From an uncultured Gammaproteobacteria bacterium (GTDB lineage: Bacteria; Patescibacteriota; Patescibacteriia; CAZBFB01), in the NCBI GenBank assembly GCA_964491085.1, contig CAZBFB010000046.1, forward strand, positions 1 to 63,086: a stretch of 63,086 nucleotides of DNA, given 5' to 3'. Below are positions 27,358 to 36,896 of this stretch, one piece after another. Position numbers and translations under genes: made by a program. The notes beneath the pieces are model-generated. The model saw nothing but the letters and a program-made list of their open reading frames with translations. It had not been told where the DNA came from and searched no databases. Within the stretch, counting starts at the first letter, position 1, and each line of letters starts with the position of its first letter.

Positions 27358-28208
27358 GAATTGGTTATTTTGGCTATCGCGGATGGGCGTTTAAGTTTCT
27401 TGACCGATTGCTCGCGGGAATAGATGTACAAAAAAGCACTATTCCATTGATCGGTACGGTAGAATATCGCGAAGAAAAAATAGAGTACACTCGTTATCCT
27501 CGGTTGCGTTTTTTTGATCCTAAGAAAAAAGCGGAACTTGTCGCGCTCATAGATGAGTACAAAATTGATGTAGCCCTGTTTTACGGCTGGTCGTGGATTG
27601 TTCCGAAAGAATTAACCGAGCGCATGGATTGCTTATGCCTTCACCCTTCGCTTCTTCCAAAGTATCGGGGAGGAACTCCGTTCCAGCATCAGATTTTAAA
27701 TAACGAACAAGAGGGGGGGCTGACAATTTTTCGCATGAACGATATACTTGATGGCGGTGATATTCTCGGCCAAAGGTCATTTCCTCTTACTGGAACGCTG
27801 GAGGATATTTTGGGCCGGGTGGTAGAGCAGGGGGCTTCGGCGACACTCGACATTGTCAGGGCCTACGAGCAGGGTACGGTACGCTATATCGTACAGCAGA
27901 ATTTAGAAGCATTCCCGCCCTATCCCCGAAGGAAGCCGGAACAGAGCGAAGTGAAATTTGAGCAGTTGTCAACCATCACTTGCAACGATTTTTACAATTT
28001 TGTTCGCGCGTTGGATGACCCATTTCCCAATTGTCGTATTACCTTTCACGACAATCGCATTATACTGCTGAAGCAAGTGGAAGCGTGCCTTCCCTCGTCC
28101 GGTGGTATAATATTTGACGGTTCCATTCATTCTTTCGAGGCAGGTAGACCTACCTACATTAAACTACAAGATGGATACATGGAAGTGATCCGTTACGAAA
28201 TTAAGTAA
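27354..28208 (+). CDS. Formyltransferase-family protein (sugar N-formyltransferase-like)
   Basis: CLHPSLLPKYRGGTPFQHQILN and MNDILDGGDIL motifs of the Fmt/PurN/ArnA formyltransferase domain. Confidence 0.75.
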   Translation: MRIGYFGYRGWAFKFLDRLLAGIDVQKSTIPLIGTVEYREEKIEYTRYPRLRFFDPKKKAELVALIDEYKIDVALFYGWSWIVPKELTERMDCLCLHPSLLPKYRGGTPFQHQILNNEQEGGLTIFRMNDILDGGDILGQRSFPLTGTLEDILGRVVEQGASATLDIVRAYEQGTVRYIVQQNLEAFPPYPRRKPEQSEVKFEQLSTITCNDFYNFVRALDDPFPNCRITFHDNRIILLKQVEACLPSSGGIIFDGSIHSFEAGRPTYIKLQDGYMEVIRYEIK

Positions 28209-28215
28209 AACGCAT

Positions 28216-29067
28216 ATGCATACACACGAAAAAGCGTGCCATAATTATTTTCAAGGACTTTTTTCAAAATGCAGGACTATTATTGAGGTAGTGAAACTCA
28301 TGAAAAATTTCCCCCTCTTTTTCTATGATTATGCCTTAACCGGTAGGAGACAGGGCGATACCCATTTTATCTATAGATTACGCGATGGCACCTCGTTTGC
28401 GGTCCGTCCTTTTACCGATGATAAATGGGTGTTGACTGACATTTGGATGAAAAATTATTATTGGCATCCCGATTTTTTACCGTTTCATGCTCATCCTGTT
28501 ATTCTAGATATAGGAGCGCACATAGGCGGATGGGCCATCAATACGATGCGTGCCTATCCCACAGGGACGATCTACGCGTTTGAGCCAGTGTTAGAAACAT
28601 TTAATATTTTAAAAAAGAACATAAAGCTCAATCATTTTGAACGGAATATCATACCCATACATGCCGCCATTGCACCGGAGTCCGGTACTATGGAGCTGTT
28701 TTATGATCCGCAAAAATCCGCGTTTACTTCCCTCAGTCAGCGGAGTACAAACGAAAAAGGCGTAAAACAACAAGTGAAGACCGTTACGTTGCCAGATATT
28801 ATACAAGAGTATGAACTAAATTATATAGATCTTGTGAAGAGTGATATAGAGGGTGGTGAGTTTGAATTTTTACCCAAACTGGATAAGTCGATTACGGACA
28901 TAATCGGAAATTTTTCCGTTGAATACCACTTGTTTGAAAAACACTATCATTTGGAAGATCTCATTGGCTTTTTTAAGGCACGAAATTTTTCATTGCTCGA
29001 GCACGATGCCACATTGCCAGATTCGGGATATATTAAATTGAAAAATAATAGGCCACCTCTTAATTAA
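28216..29067 (+). CDS. FkbM-family SAM-dependent methyltransferase
   Basis: ILDIGAHIGGWA, YAFEPVLETFNILKKN, SDIEGGE. Confidence 0.75.
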   Translation: MHTHEKACHNYFQGLFSKCRTIIEVVKLMKNFPLFFYDYALTGRRQGDTHFIYRLRDGTSFAVRPFTDDKWVLTDIWMKNYYWHPDFLPFHAHPVILDIGAHIGGWAINTMRAYPTGTIYAFEPVLETFNILKKNIKLNHFERNIIPIHAAIAPESGTMELFYDPQKSAFTSLSQRSTNEKGVKQQVKTVTLPDIIQEYELNYIDLVKSDIEGGEFEFLPKLDKSITDIIGNFSVEYHLFEKHYHLEDLIGFFKARNFSLLEHDATLPDSGYIKLKNNRPPLN

Positions 29068-29130
29068 TATGTGGAGAAAACGGCGACCCGCCGAAACGTT
29101 TTTTGGTGGCAGTCTCTGTAGCTACAGCAT

Positions 29131-29961
29131 ATGAAAAAATTACCCATCTCTGTGCTCCTTGTAATACATAATGAGGAACAATATATTGAGCGCTGTGTAA
29201 AATCATTTGCGGATATTGCGGATGAAATTTTAGTCGTGCATGATGGACCTTGTAGTGACCGGTCATTGGAATTATGCGGAAAGTATACGGACAAGATTTT
29301 TGTGAAGGAGCATGTGGGAATTGCCGAACCGCACATTGCCTGGCTCTGCTCATTTGCAAAAAATGATTGGCTTTTGGAAATGTGCCCGGACGAATTTCTC
29401 TCCGACGCCCTGCGCACGCATTTGCCCGAACTTATTACGGGGGATTCTCCTTATCAGGGGTATGATCTTCTTTTTCCTATTCTCTATAAAAGCAAGGAGT
29501 ATCGCGCTTATCATAAGCTGGCATTGGTGAATAAAAAATTCTTTTATTTTGTAGGATGTCCCAGCGAATATTTTCAACCGCTTAACCCCTCCGTGCAAAC
29601 CAAAATGTTAGATTACGGATTGGAGCACCGTCCCACGTATAACAACTTCACGTTGGCGATGTTTCGGAAAAAGTGGATACCGTGGGCAAAGTTAACCGCG
29701 CGATATTATGCAAAACCATTTTCAGATCTTATTACATTCAATTGTTCGCGCAAAGATTGGTATCCGCGTTTGCAGATCCGCATCGAACACCCTTTGGTAT
29801 TAGGCGTATTTGGTTCGGCGGTGTATCATATTGGATCAGGGTTTCGTTATTACATTATAAAACGAAATTTTATTTTTTTTAAGGCCGGAGCATTGATGGC
29901 ACTCTATCATATTTTTACCTTTTTTTATCTATGGAGATTGCAAAAGAAAGGAATGCGCTAA
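29131..29961 (+). CDS. GT2-family glycosyltransferase
   Basis: ISVLLVIHNEEQYIERCV, VVHDGPCSD, and hydrophobic C-terminal segments. Confidence 0.65.
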   Translation: MKKLPISVLLVIHNEEQYIERCVKSFADIADEILVVHDGPCSDRSLELCGKYTDKIFVKEHVGIAEPHIAWLCSFAKNDWLLEMCPDEFLSDALRTHLPELITGDSPYQGYDLLFPILYKSKEYRAYHKLALVNKKFFYFVGCPSEYFQPLNPSVQTKMLDYGLEHRPTYNNFTLAMFRKKWIPWAKLTARYYAKPFSDLITFNCSRKDWYPRLQIRIEHPLVLGVFGSAVYHIGSGFRYYIIKRNFIFFKAGALMALYHIFTFFYLWRLQKKGMR

Positions 29962-29979
29962 CCACTAACCATATCCGCT

Positions 29980-31023
29980 ATGAAAAAAGTTTCCATTATT
30001 ATTGTTACCTATAACGGGCGTAAATGGCTGGAAGGTTGTTTTGGCGCGCTGGCAAACCAAACCTATAAGAATTTCGAAGTTGTTTTTGTTGATAATAATT
30101 CTCGCGATGATAGCGCTGATTTTGTGGAAGCCACTTACCCGGGCACCATTGTTGTGAGGAATAAAGCCAATAGTGGGTTTGCCGGCGGCAATAATGTTGG
30201 TCTCCCCTATGCAACGGGGGAGTATATACTTTTGTTAAGCGATGATACTATTGCCGAGCCGACTTTTTTAGAAAATCTTCTCCGTGCCTTTGATGAAATT
30301 CCGCGTCTGGGGTGTGTGCAATCAAAACTTATTTTCATGTATGATCCCACGAAATTGGATTCCTGCGGGTCATATTTTACTTGGACCGGATTCATGAAAC
30401 ATATCGGTAATCAAAAGAGCGCGGCCGTCGCCGAATATAATAAACCTCGTCCGGTATTTAGTGTGAAGGGCGCCTGCATGATGTTTAAAAAAGAAATCTT
30501 GGAAAAAACCGGCGGGTTGTTTGATAATGATTATTGGTGCTATTTTGAAGAAACCGATTTTTGTATGCGCGTATGGCTGGCGGGGTATGAGTGTTGGTAT
30601 TATCCCGCTGCGGCTATTCAGCACGCGATGGGTGGCACCACGGGACGATTTTTTTCCAATGCTTTTATTCAATATTATTCTTTTAGAAATCGATTGATGA
30701 CATACCTAAAAGTATTGTCCAGCGCGACCCTACTGAGAATGCTTCCCGCGTATCTTTTGATGAACGTGCTTGTCAGTATTGGATTTTTGGCGGTGTTACA
30801 ATTTAAAAATTGTTTCGCGATTTATCGCGCGCTATGGTACAACATTATTAATTTTTCGCGAATCATGCGCCAGCGATCAGTGGTGCAGAAAATGGTGCGC
30901 ATTCGTCCCGACAGTGAGTATTTGCCCGCGCTTACAAAAAAACTTGAGCTTATGAAAGGAATATATGGCTTTGTGGTATATCTTTTCACCTATGAAAAAA
31001 GAGAGCGTAACAGCATACCTTAA
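29980..31023 (+). CDS. GT2-family glycosyltransferase (rhamnosyltransferase-like)
   Basis: VSIIIVTYNGRKWLEGC, VDNNSRDDS, LLSDDT, YFEETDFCMR. Confidence 0.8.
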   Translation: MKKVSIIIVTYNGRKWLEGCFGALANQTYKNFEVVFVDNNSRDDSADFVEATYPGTIVVRNKANSGFAGGNNVGLPYATGEYILLLSDDTIAEPTFLENLLRAFDEIPRLGCVQSKLIFMYDPTKLDSCGSYFTWTGFMKHIGNQKSAAVAEYNKPRPVFSVKGACMMFKKEILEKTGGLFDNDYWCYFEETDFCMRVWLAGYECWYYPAAAIQHAMGGTTGRFFSNAFIQYYSFRNRLMTYLKVLSSATLLRMLPAYLLMNVLVSIGFLAVLQFKNCFAIYRALWYNIINFSRIMRQRSVVQKMVRIRPDSEYLPALTKKLELMKGIYGFVVYLFTYEKRERNSIP

Positions 31024-31062
31024 TGGTAGGGTAGCGCATAATTAAATAGCACATGATTTAGT

Positions 31063-32136
31063 ATGGAGCGTAATTATCCGCTGGTCAATTACATTGTGGT
31101 AACTTACAATGAATACGCCTATACCGAAAAATGTTTGGTATCATTATTAAATGACGGGTATCCTAACAAAAAAATTATTTTTGTAGATAACGCCTCAAAA
31201 CCAGAAGCCAATCGATTTTTTCATGAGCGCCACAAAAATGATCAGGATATCGTATTTGTGGAGTCGAAACAAAATTTGGGATTTGGCGGGGGATGCAATC
31301 TTGGTCTAAAAGCAGTCACCTCCGGATATGTTGCTTTTTTAAATAATGACATTGAATTTGCACATGGGTGGCTTGATCCTATAATTACGTATATGGAGGA
31401 GCATCCGGAGGTGGGAGCCTGTCAGCCGAAGATTAGAAATATGCGGCAACCGGGATATTTTGAATATGCGGGAGCGGCCGGCGGATTTATGGATGTGTAT
31501 GGGTATCCATTTGCGCGGGGACGAATCTTTTATGATTTGGAAAAGGATGATGGGCAATATGATACTATCATAGACTTGGTGTGGTGTTCCGGTACGGCAA
31601 TGATCACAAAAAAGGAAGTGCTTGACAAGGTGGGATTGTTTGATGAGATTTATTTTATGTACGGCGAGGAGGCGGATTTATGTTGGCGAATCAATCATGC
31701 GGGGTATCGCTTGGTAAGCATTCCGGCCGCGGTGGTGTATCATTACGGCGCGGCCACCATGAGCAAAAATTCTTCACACCAGAAGGTTTTTTTACTCCAT
31801 CGCAATGGTCTTATCCTGTTGTTTAAAAATTATACGGTTAGAGAATGGTGGCGTTATGTGTCGATTCGTTTTTTACTCGATGGTGTAACCTTTTTTTATT
31901 ATCTGGTAACACGCTTTCATTCGCTGAACTGGTTTGCGCTACTTCGTGCTTACGCCTCTTTTCTCCGGGTGCTTCCGAAGATTTTGCGGCGGCATGTTCA
32001 AATCAGAAAATTCCGTATTCATTCTTCAGTTGTACCGGCGCCGCTTTACCAGAAGAGTATTGTGTTTGATTATTTTGTTTTAAGAAAAAAGAAATTTTCT
32101 GATTTGCGCGGCAGTAATTTTATCGGGCGGATATGA
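31063..32136 (+). CDS. GT2-family glycosyltransferase
   Basis: VNYIVVTYNEYAYTEKC, VDNASKPE, FLNNDI, YGEEADLCWR. Confidence 0.8.
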   Translation: MERNYPLVNYIVVTYNEYAYTEKCLVSLLNDGYPNKKIIFVDNASKPEANRFFHERHKNDQDIVFVESKQNLGFGGGCNLGLKAVTSGYVAFLNNDIEFAHGWLDPIITYMEEHPEVGACQPKIRNMRQPGYFEYAGAAGGFMDVYGYPFARGRIFYDLEKDDGQYDTIIDLVWCSGTAMITKKEVLDKVGLFDEIYFMYGEEADLCWRINHAGYRLVSIPAAVVYHYGAATMSKNSSHQKVFLLHRNGLILLFKNYTVREWWRYVSIRFLLDGVTFFYYLVTRFHSLNWFALLRAYASFLRVLPKILRRHVQIRKFRIHSSVVPAPLYQKSIVFDYFVLRKKKFSDLRGSNFIGRI

Positions 32137-32924
32137 ATATCATCAATCTAAATAAATTTAACGAGAGGCAAGAAATATTACAAAAAGATTTTTTTGCTGC
32201 CCAACCCTATCGTCATATTATTGTGGATAACTTTTTTTTATCAGAACATGCCACCGCCATGGCCACATCATTTCCTTCTGTTCAAGGCATGGCTATGAGT
32301 AGCGCTTTTAGCGGTATAGCTGAATCAAAACAGCAGTTATCATCTTTGGCATTATTGCCGACCATTTTCAAAAATGCCTTTGCCAGCATGATGGATCCTA
32401 GTTTTTTGACATTGCTCGCCAAGATGACAGGCATTAATCCATTATTACCCGATCCGGATCTGTCGGGCGGAGGACTTCATCAAGGTGGCCACGGCAGTTT
32501 TTTGGATATTCACGCAGATTTTAATAAGCATCCCAAAACTGGACAGTACCGCCGGTTAAATATTTTAGTGTATCTCAATAAAGATTGGCCGGAAGAATAT
32601 GGCGGACATTTAGAAATGTGGAACAGTAACATGACACGGTGTATAAAAAAAGTGGCGCCGATTTTTAATCGTTGTGTTATTTTTGCAACGGATCGAAGGA
32701 GTTTTCATGGATATAGAAAAATGACGCTCCCGGTCGGTGTTACCCGTAAATCTATTGCCGCTTATTATTATCATATGCAGCCGGCGCCGGGCGAGGATAC
32801 TCATTTTCACAATACTCTGTTCCAAGCTCGCCCCGGGGAAGTGCGCAATGCAATTCTTTACCCTTTATTGCGGTTGCCGTTGATTCAAATGTTGGGTAAG
32901 ATACTCGGGAGAATGGTTGGGTAA
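32133..32924 (+). CDS. 2OG-Fe(II) oxygenase-superfamily protein
   Basis: The FLDIHADFN (HxD) ... RRSFHGY pattern and YLNKDWPEEYGGHLEMW are typical of the P4H-like 2OG-FeII_Oxy family. Confidence 0.65.
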   Translation: MNIINLNKFNERQEILQKDFFAAQPYRHIIVDNFFLSEHATAMATSFPSVQGMAMSSAFSGIAESKQQLSSLALLPTIFKNAFASMMDPSFLTLLAKMTGINPLLPDPDLSGGGLHQGGHGSFLDIHADFNKHPKTGQYRRLNILVYLNKDWPEEYGGHLEMWNSNMTRCIKKVAPIFNRCVIFATDRRSFHGYRKMTLPVGVTRKSIAAYYYHMQPAPGEDTHFHNTLFQARPGEVRNAILYPLLRLPLIQMLGKILGRMVG

Positions 32925-32951
32925 GCGGTTTATTTGAAGTGTATTTAAACT

Positions 32952-34121
32952 ATGGAGAGAATATTTCAGAAGGTCGCTATTGTGCATCATAGTTACACGG
33001 TGACTAGTTTAGTCGAGGATGAACTTTTGCAGTATGTAAAGGGCAAGGCAGAAATGATTTTTTATATCACGCATCCTGTAAAAAATGCCCGAGATGGTCT
33101 TCCGCTCAATACGAAGGTTGAGGTGTATGAGCAGGGACAACTTGTCAAGACTATCAAGAGTATAAAAGTCTTTGGTCCAGAGGTGCTCTTTTTTATTAAA
33201 GACCTGCTTTTCACTCTGGGTTATTTTCTTTTACAAAAACAGAGAATCGATGTATTTTTTGGGATCGACAATCTCAACTCATTCGCCGGTATTCTCTTGA
33301 GGAAGTTGGGGAGAGTGCGTAAGGTGGTGTACTATGTGATTGACTATGTGCCAAAAAGGTTTGAGAACAGACTGTTGAATTCTATCTATCATTGGGTTGA
33401 TTTGTATTGTGTAAAAAATGCAGATCAAACATGGAATTTGTCGGATGCCATGGTGACTGCGCGTGAAGAGACGGGATTATCGCGACAGTATAGAACAAAA
33501 CAAATTACCGTTCCGGTGGGATGCCATCCCGTCGACCCCCTTGTTGGCGAAACGGAGACCGGTACCAAGAGAGTTGTGTTTCTTGGGATCCTGAACCATG
33601 AGCAGGGGATTGATACGTTTGTAGAGACACTGCCTTCTCTTATTCGGGTCGTCCCTGAAATGCGACTTGTTATCATCGGTTCCGGACCATTGGATGCGCA
33701 GTTACGACAACGAGTGCAGAAATTAGGACTTGCGTATGCGGTGGATTTTAAAGGATTTGTGAAGGAAAATAAAGATGTCGATGCGATGTTACGCACTTGT
33801 CATGTCGGTATCGCACCATACGAGGTGACGCCAACAAGTTTTAAGCATTTTACGGACCCGGGAAAGATAAAAACCTATCTTGGTGCCGGACTGCCCGTCG
33901 TGATGACAAATATATCGCATGTTGCTGACATGATTGATAAACGCAGAGCGGGGATTATTGTTGCGTCGAATAAAGATATTGCTGGGGCGGTTGTGTCGAT
34001 TTTTTTCGATAAAGATCGTCTTGTGCGGATGCGTCAGAGCGCCACGACTCTGGCACGCGAGTATGATTGGGCGTCTATATTTCAACGCGCATTTACGATG
34101 CTTTTCCAAGAGATAGTATGA
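32952..34121 (+). CDS. GT4-like glycosyltransferase (paralog of 22120..23280)
   Basis: VIIGSGPLDAQLR, DFKGFV, DPGKIKTYLGAGLPVVMTN. The N-terminal half is collinear with the 22120 ORF (WNLS, ...AREE...). Confidence 0.65.
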   Translation: MERIFQKVAIVHHSYTVTSLVEDELLQYVKGKAEMIFYITHPVKNARDGLPLNTKVEVYEQGQLVKTIKSIKVFGPEVLFFIKDLLFTLGYFLLQKQRIDVFFGIDNLNSFAGILLRKLGRVRKVVYYVIDYVPKRFENRLLNSIYHWVDLYCVKNADQTWNLSDAMVTAREETGLSRQYRTKQITVPVGCHPVDPLVGETETGTKRVVFLGILNHEQGIDTFVETLPSLIRVVPEMRLVIIGSGPLDAQLRQRVQKLGLAYAVDFKGFVKENKDVDAMLRTCHVGIAPYEVTPTSFKHFTDPGKIKTYLGAGLPVVMTNISHVADMIDKRRAGIIVASNKDIAGAVVSIFFDKDRLVRMRQSATTLAREYDWASIFQRAFTMLFQEIV

Positions 34122-34906
34122 GAAAATTTCGATCGCCATGGAAAAATGTTGGATATCTGTTCTACCGCTGGTTCGTACCACCCGCCAGCGAGATGCGATA
34201 TATTCCGCAAATTGTAATCCGATATAGTCGGTATGTTATGGATTGGTACCGGTACTCAAGGTTGCCCGGTGCAGAGAGGATGCGTGTAATAGATTCATGT
34301 CCGTGTGTACACGAGCGTGATGCGGCCACTGATGTCGATAGCCACTACTTTTATCAGGATGTATGGGCATTCCGAAAGATAGTGCTGTCTGGTGCGACAG
34401 AGCATGTAGATGTTGGGTCGCTTCTTGATTTCGTTGGCTGCCTCACCGCAGTGTGCTCTGTGGTCTATGTGGATATTCGTGTTCCCCGCGTTAAATTGGA
34501 TAATCTGAAGGTCAGAAAGGGGAGTATTCTCGCACTACCCTATGCCGATGCATCGGTACGTTCTTTATCATCACTGCATGTTGCCGAACATATCGGACTT
34601 GGTCGTTACGGTGATCCATTGGACTCGGCGGGAACACAAAAAGCATGTAGGGAGCTTACGCGCGTTTTGGCGCCAGGTGGAAATCTCTACTTCTCTCTTC
34701 CTGTCGGTAAGTCCCGTCTCTGCTTTAATGCGCATCGTATTCATATTCCACAAACCATTTTGCGGTATTTCGATGAGCTACAATTGGTTGAATTTTCGGG
34801 AGTGGATGATGAGGGACACTTTATGGGTAGTATCGATCCTGACGCACTGGCGCAGTCAGACTATGCATGCGGTATGTTCCATTTTAGGAAGAAAGAAACA
34901 GCATGA
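34118..34906 (+). CDS. Class I SAM-dependent methyltransferase (DUF268-like)
   Basis: LPYADASVRSLSSLHVAEHIGLGRYGDPLD and LAPGGNLYFSLPVG. The ATG overlaps the upstream stop (ATGA). Confidence 0.6.
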   Translation: MRKFRSPWKNVGYLFYRWFVPPASEMRYIPQIVIRYSRYVMDWYRYSRLPGAERMRVIDSCPCVHERDAATDVDSHYFYQDVWAFRKIVLSGATEHVDVGSLLDFVGCLTAVCSVVYVDIRVPRVKLDNLKVRKGSILALPYADASVRSLSSLHVAEHIGLGRYGDPLDSAGTQKACRELTRVLAPGGNLYFSLPVGKSRLCFNAHRIHIPQTILRYFDELQLVEFSGVDDEGHFMGSIDPDALAQSDYACGMFHFRKKETA

Positions 34907-35796
34907 GTATGCTCAATTGCGAGTTCTTATTTACTATTCGCGATCAGTATGGTAAACGTAGGGTTTACCGGATGCAACCGAGCGGGATTCTTAATGTGGA
35001 GTCACCATTTGGGAGTGATACATATAAAGAATCTTACGATCGTTTCGTAGAGGCATTCAAAGAGATGGGGTATTTTCGGAAATGGCTCAATGCCCGTCAA
35101 GGATCTTTGTACGTGTTGCAGAGAAGCTTTCTTCAAAAGATTATCGCTCGCCTCCTTACCCCGGTGCCGAAGATTTTTTCCTATGGAAATTTCCTTGATG
35201 TGGGTTGTAATACAGGAAATTTTCTCCATGCTCTTCCCGACCCATGGAACCGCTATGGTGTTGAGGTGAATCGAGAGGCATGTCAAGTTGTCAAGCGATA
35301 TCCCAATATTCGCGTTTTCAACACCTCCCTAGAGAAGTTCACTACTCCGCTGAGATTTGATTTTGTACGAGCATCTCATGTTATCGAACATGTGGAAGAC
35401 TACGAGAGGTTTCTGGAAAAAATGTATCACCTTATGGCGCCGAAAAGCTATGCACTCCTTTATACTCCTAATACACAGAGTTTTTCGTATGTTCTCTTTA
35501 AACGGTATTGGAGCGGGTTCGACGAGAGGACACATGTCAATCTTTTCAATCTAAAGAATCTTCAGGCGCTTTGTGAACGCTACGGTTTTATCGTAATTGC
35601 GACAGGTACCTATGATATGGGCATGACTGCACATTCTCTCTTGAAGTTGCTGCACATCAATGTCGCAAACACAGTCGGGTATGTCTTTTTTTGGTTTCTT
35701 TTTCTTGCATTGTATCCTTTTTGTTTCATTGCAAATGCATTTAAGCGTGATGGAGCACTGTACATCTATCTCATGAAGGATGAGAAAAAATCCTGA
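34903..35796 (+). CDS. Class I SAM-dependent methyltransferase with a C-terminal hydrophobic tail
   Basis: FLDVGCNTGNFL motif I and VRASHVIEHVED. Confidence 0.7.
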   Translation: MSMLNCEFLFTIRDQYGKRRVYRMQPSGILNVESPFGSDTYKESYDRFVEAFKEMGYFRKWLNARQGSLYVLQRSFLQKIIARLLTPVPKIFSYGNFLDVGCNTGNFLHALPDPWNRYGVEVNREACQVVKRYPNIRVFNTSLEKFTTPLRFDFVRASHVIEHVEDYERFLEKMYHLMAPKSYALLYTPNTQSFSYVLFKRYWSGFDERTHVNLFNLKNLQALCERYGFIVIATGTYDMGMTAHSLLKLLHINVANTVGYVFFWFLFLALYPFCFIANAFKRDGALYIYLMKDEKKS

Positions 35797-35801
35797 AATG
35801 T

Positions 35802-36824
35802 ATGTATCCAAAAATTTCAGTCGTGATTCCCGCCCATAATGAAGAGCAAAATTTTAAACGCTTGCTCCCTTCGCTTGAGAAGCAACAATATCCCAAAGGG
35901 TGTCTCGAATACATTGTAGTGAATGATGATTCCAATGATGGTACCAATGAGCTCGCGGAGACATTTGGGGCGCGAGTGATTTCAGTTAAAACCCATGACA
36001 TCGAGCTCAATAAAGGTATCGGTATGCACGTAGCAAGCGGAGAGTTCGTCTATTGGCTGGATGCTGACATGGAAATCTTTGGCAATAATTTTTTTGAACT
36101 TTTAGTACAACCACTTCAGGATAATCCAGCACTCCTGGGAAGTTTTACTAAGGAATTTGCACTTGATGGTTGTGATGCAAATGTTTTGCCTGCTCTGTTG
36201 CGGTTTATTTCTTATAATCCACTGCAACAAGATCCTCTTTATCAATTTTTTTCTCCATCGATTGATGAAACAATTGTTGAGCAAAAGAGTGACTTTTGTG
36301 TTTGTCGATTTTTTCCAGGGAGAATACCAGCGGTAGGGCGTATTATGTATCGAAGGGCAGAACTTATAAAAACCGCGGTTGGTAACAATAAATCTTTTGT
36401 GGATTTGGAAAGTGTAGAAATAGTCGCCCGCGCGGGGTATGAATTTTTTGCGTATGTGCCACAGGCAAAGATTCGACATTATCATGCCACTACACTGACC
36501 CAGCTTGTGCACAAAAGATTGAGAAATTTAGAGAATGATTATCTTCCCAACGTGGGTAATAAATATTATCTCTGGTTTAACCCTAATGATCCCAAGGATA
36601 TTTTGAAGATTGGAGGGTGGGTTTTGTACGCAAATCTTTTTATCCCGGAGTTTATTCGCGGTCTGGTAAAAGCAATTAAATTTAGAGATTATGCATTTTT
36701 TTGGCAACCCATTGTTTCAATTGCTACGACGGATGCTATTGTGTTTGGTTTTTTAAAAAAGTCCAGCGGAAGAAAATTTATCTTGCAATTACTGAAACAG
36801 TTACTGATGGCACTATTTCGGTAG
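35802..36824 (+). CDS. GT2-family glycosyltransferase
   Basis: ISVVIPAHNEEQNFKRLL, VNDDSNDGT, WLDADM. Confidence 0.8.
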   Translation: MYPKISVVIPAHNEEQNFKRLLPSLEKQQYPKGCLEYIVVNDDSNDGTNELAETFGARVISVKTHDIELNKGIGMHVASGEFVYWLDADMEIFGNNFFELLVQPLQDNPALLGSFTKEFALDGCDANVLPALLRFISYNPLQQDPLYQFFSPSIDETIVEQKSDFCVCRFFPGRIPAVGRIMYRRAELIKTAVGNNKSFVDLESVEIVARAGYEFFAYVPQAKIRHYHATTLTQLVHKRLRNLENDYLPNVGNKYYLWFNPNDPKDILKIGGWVLYANLFIPEFIRGLVKAIKFRDYAFFWQPIVSIATTDAIVFGFLKKSSGRKFILQLLKQLLMALFR

Positions 36825-36896
36825 GCAGCAGATGACTTGCAAATTGTGGCTGAATCCTGTAGTTTAGGTAATTATTGAGTAACTAGATAATGGTGT

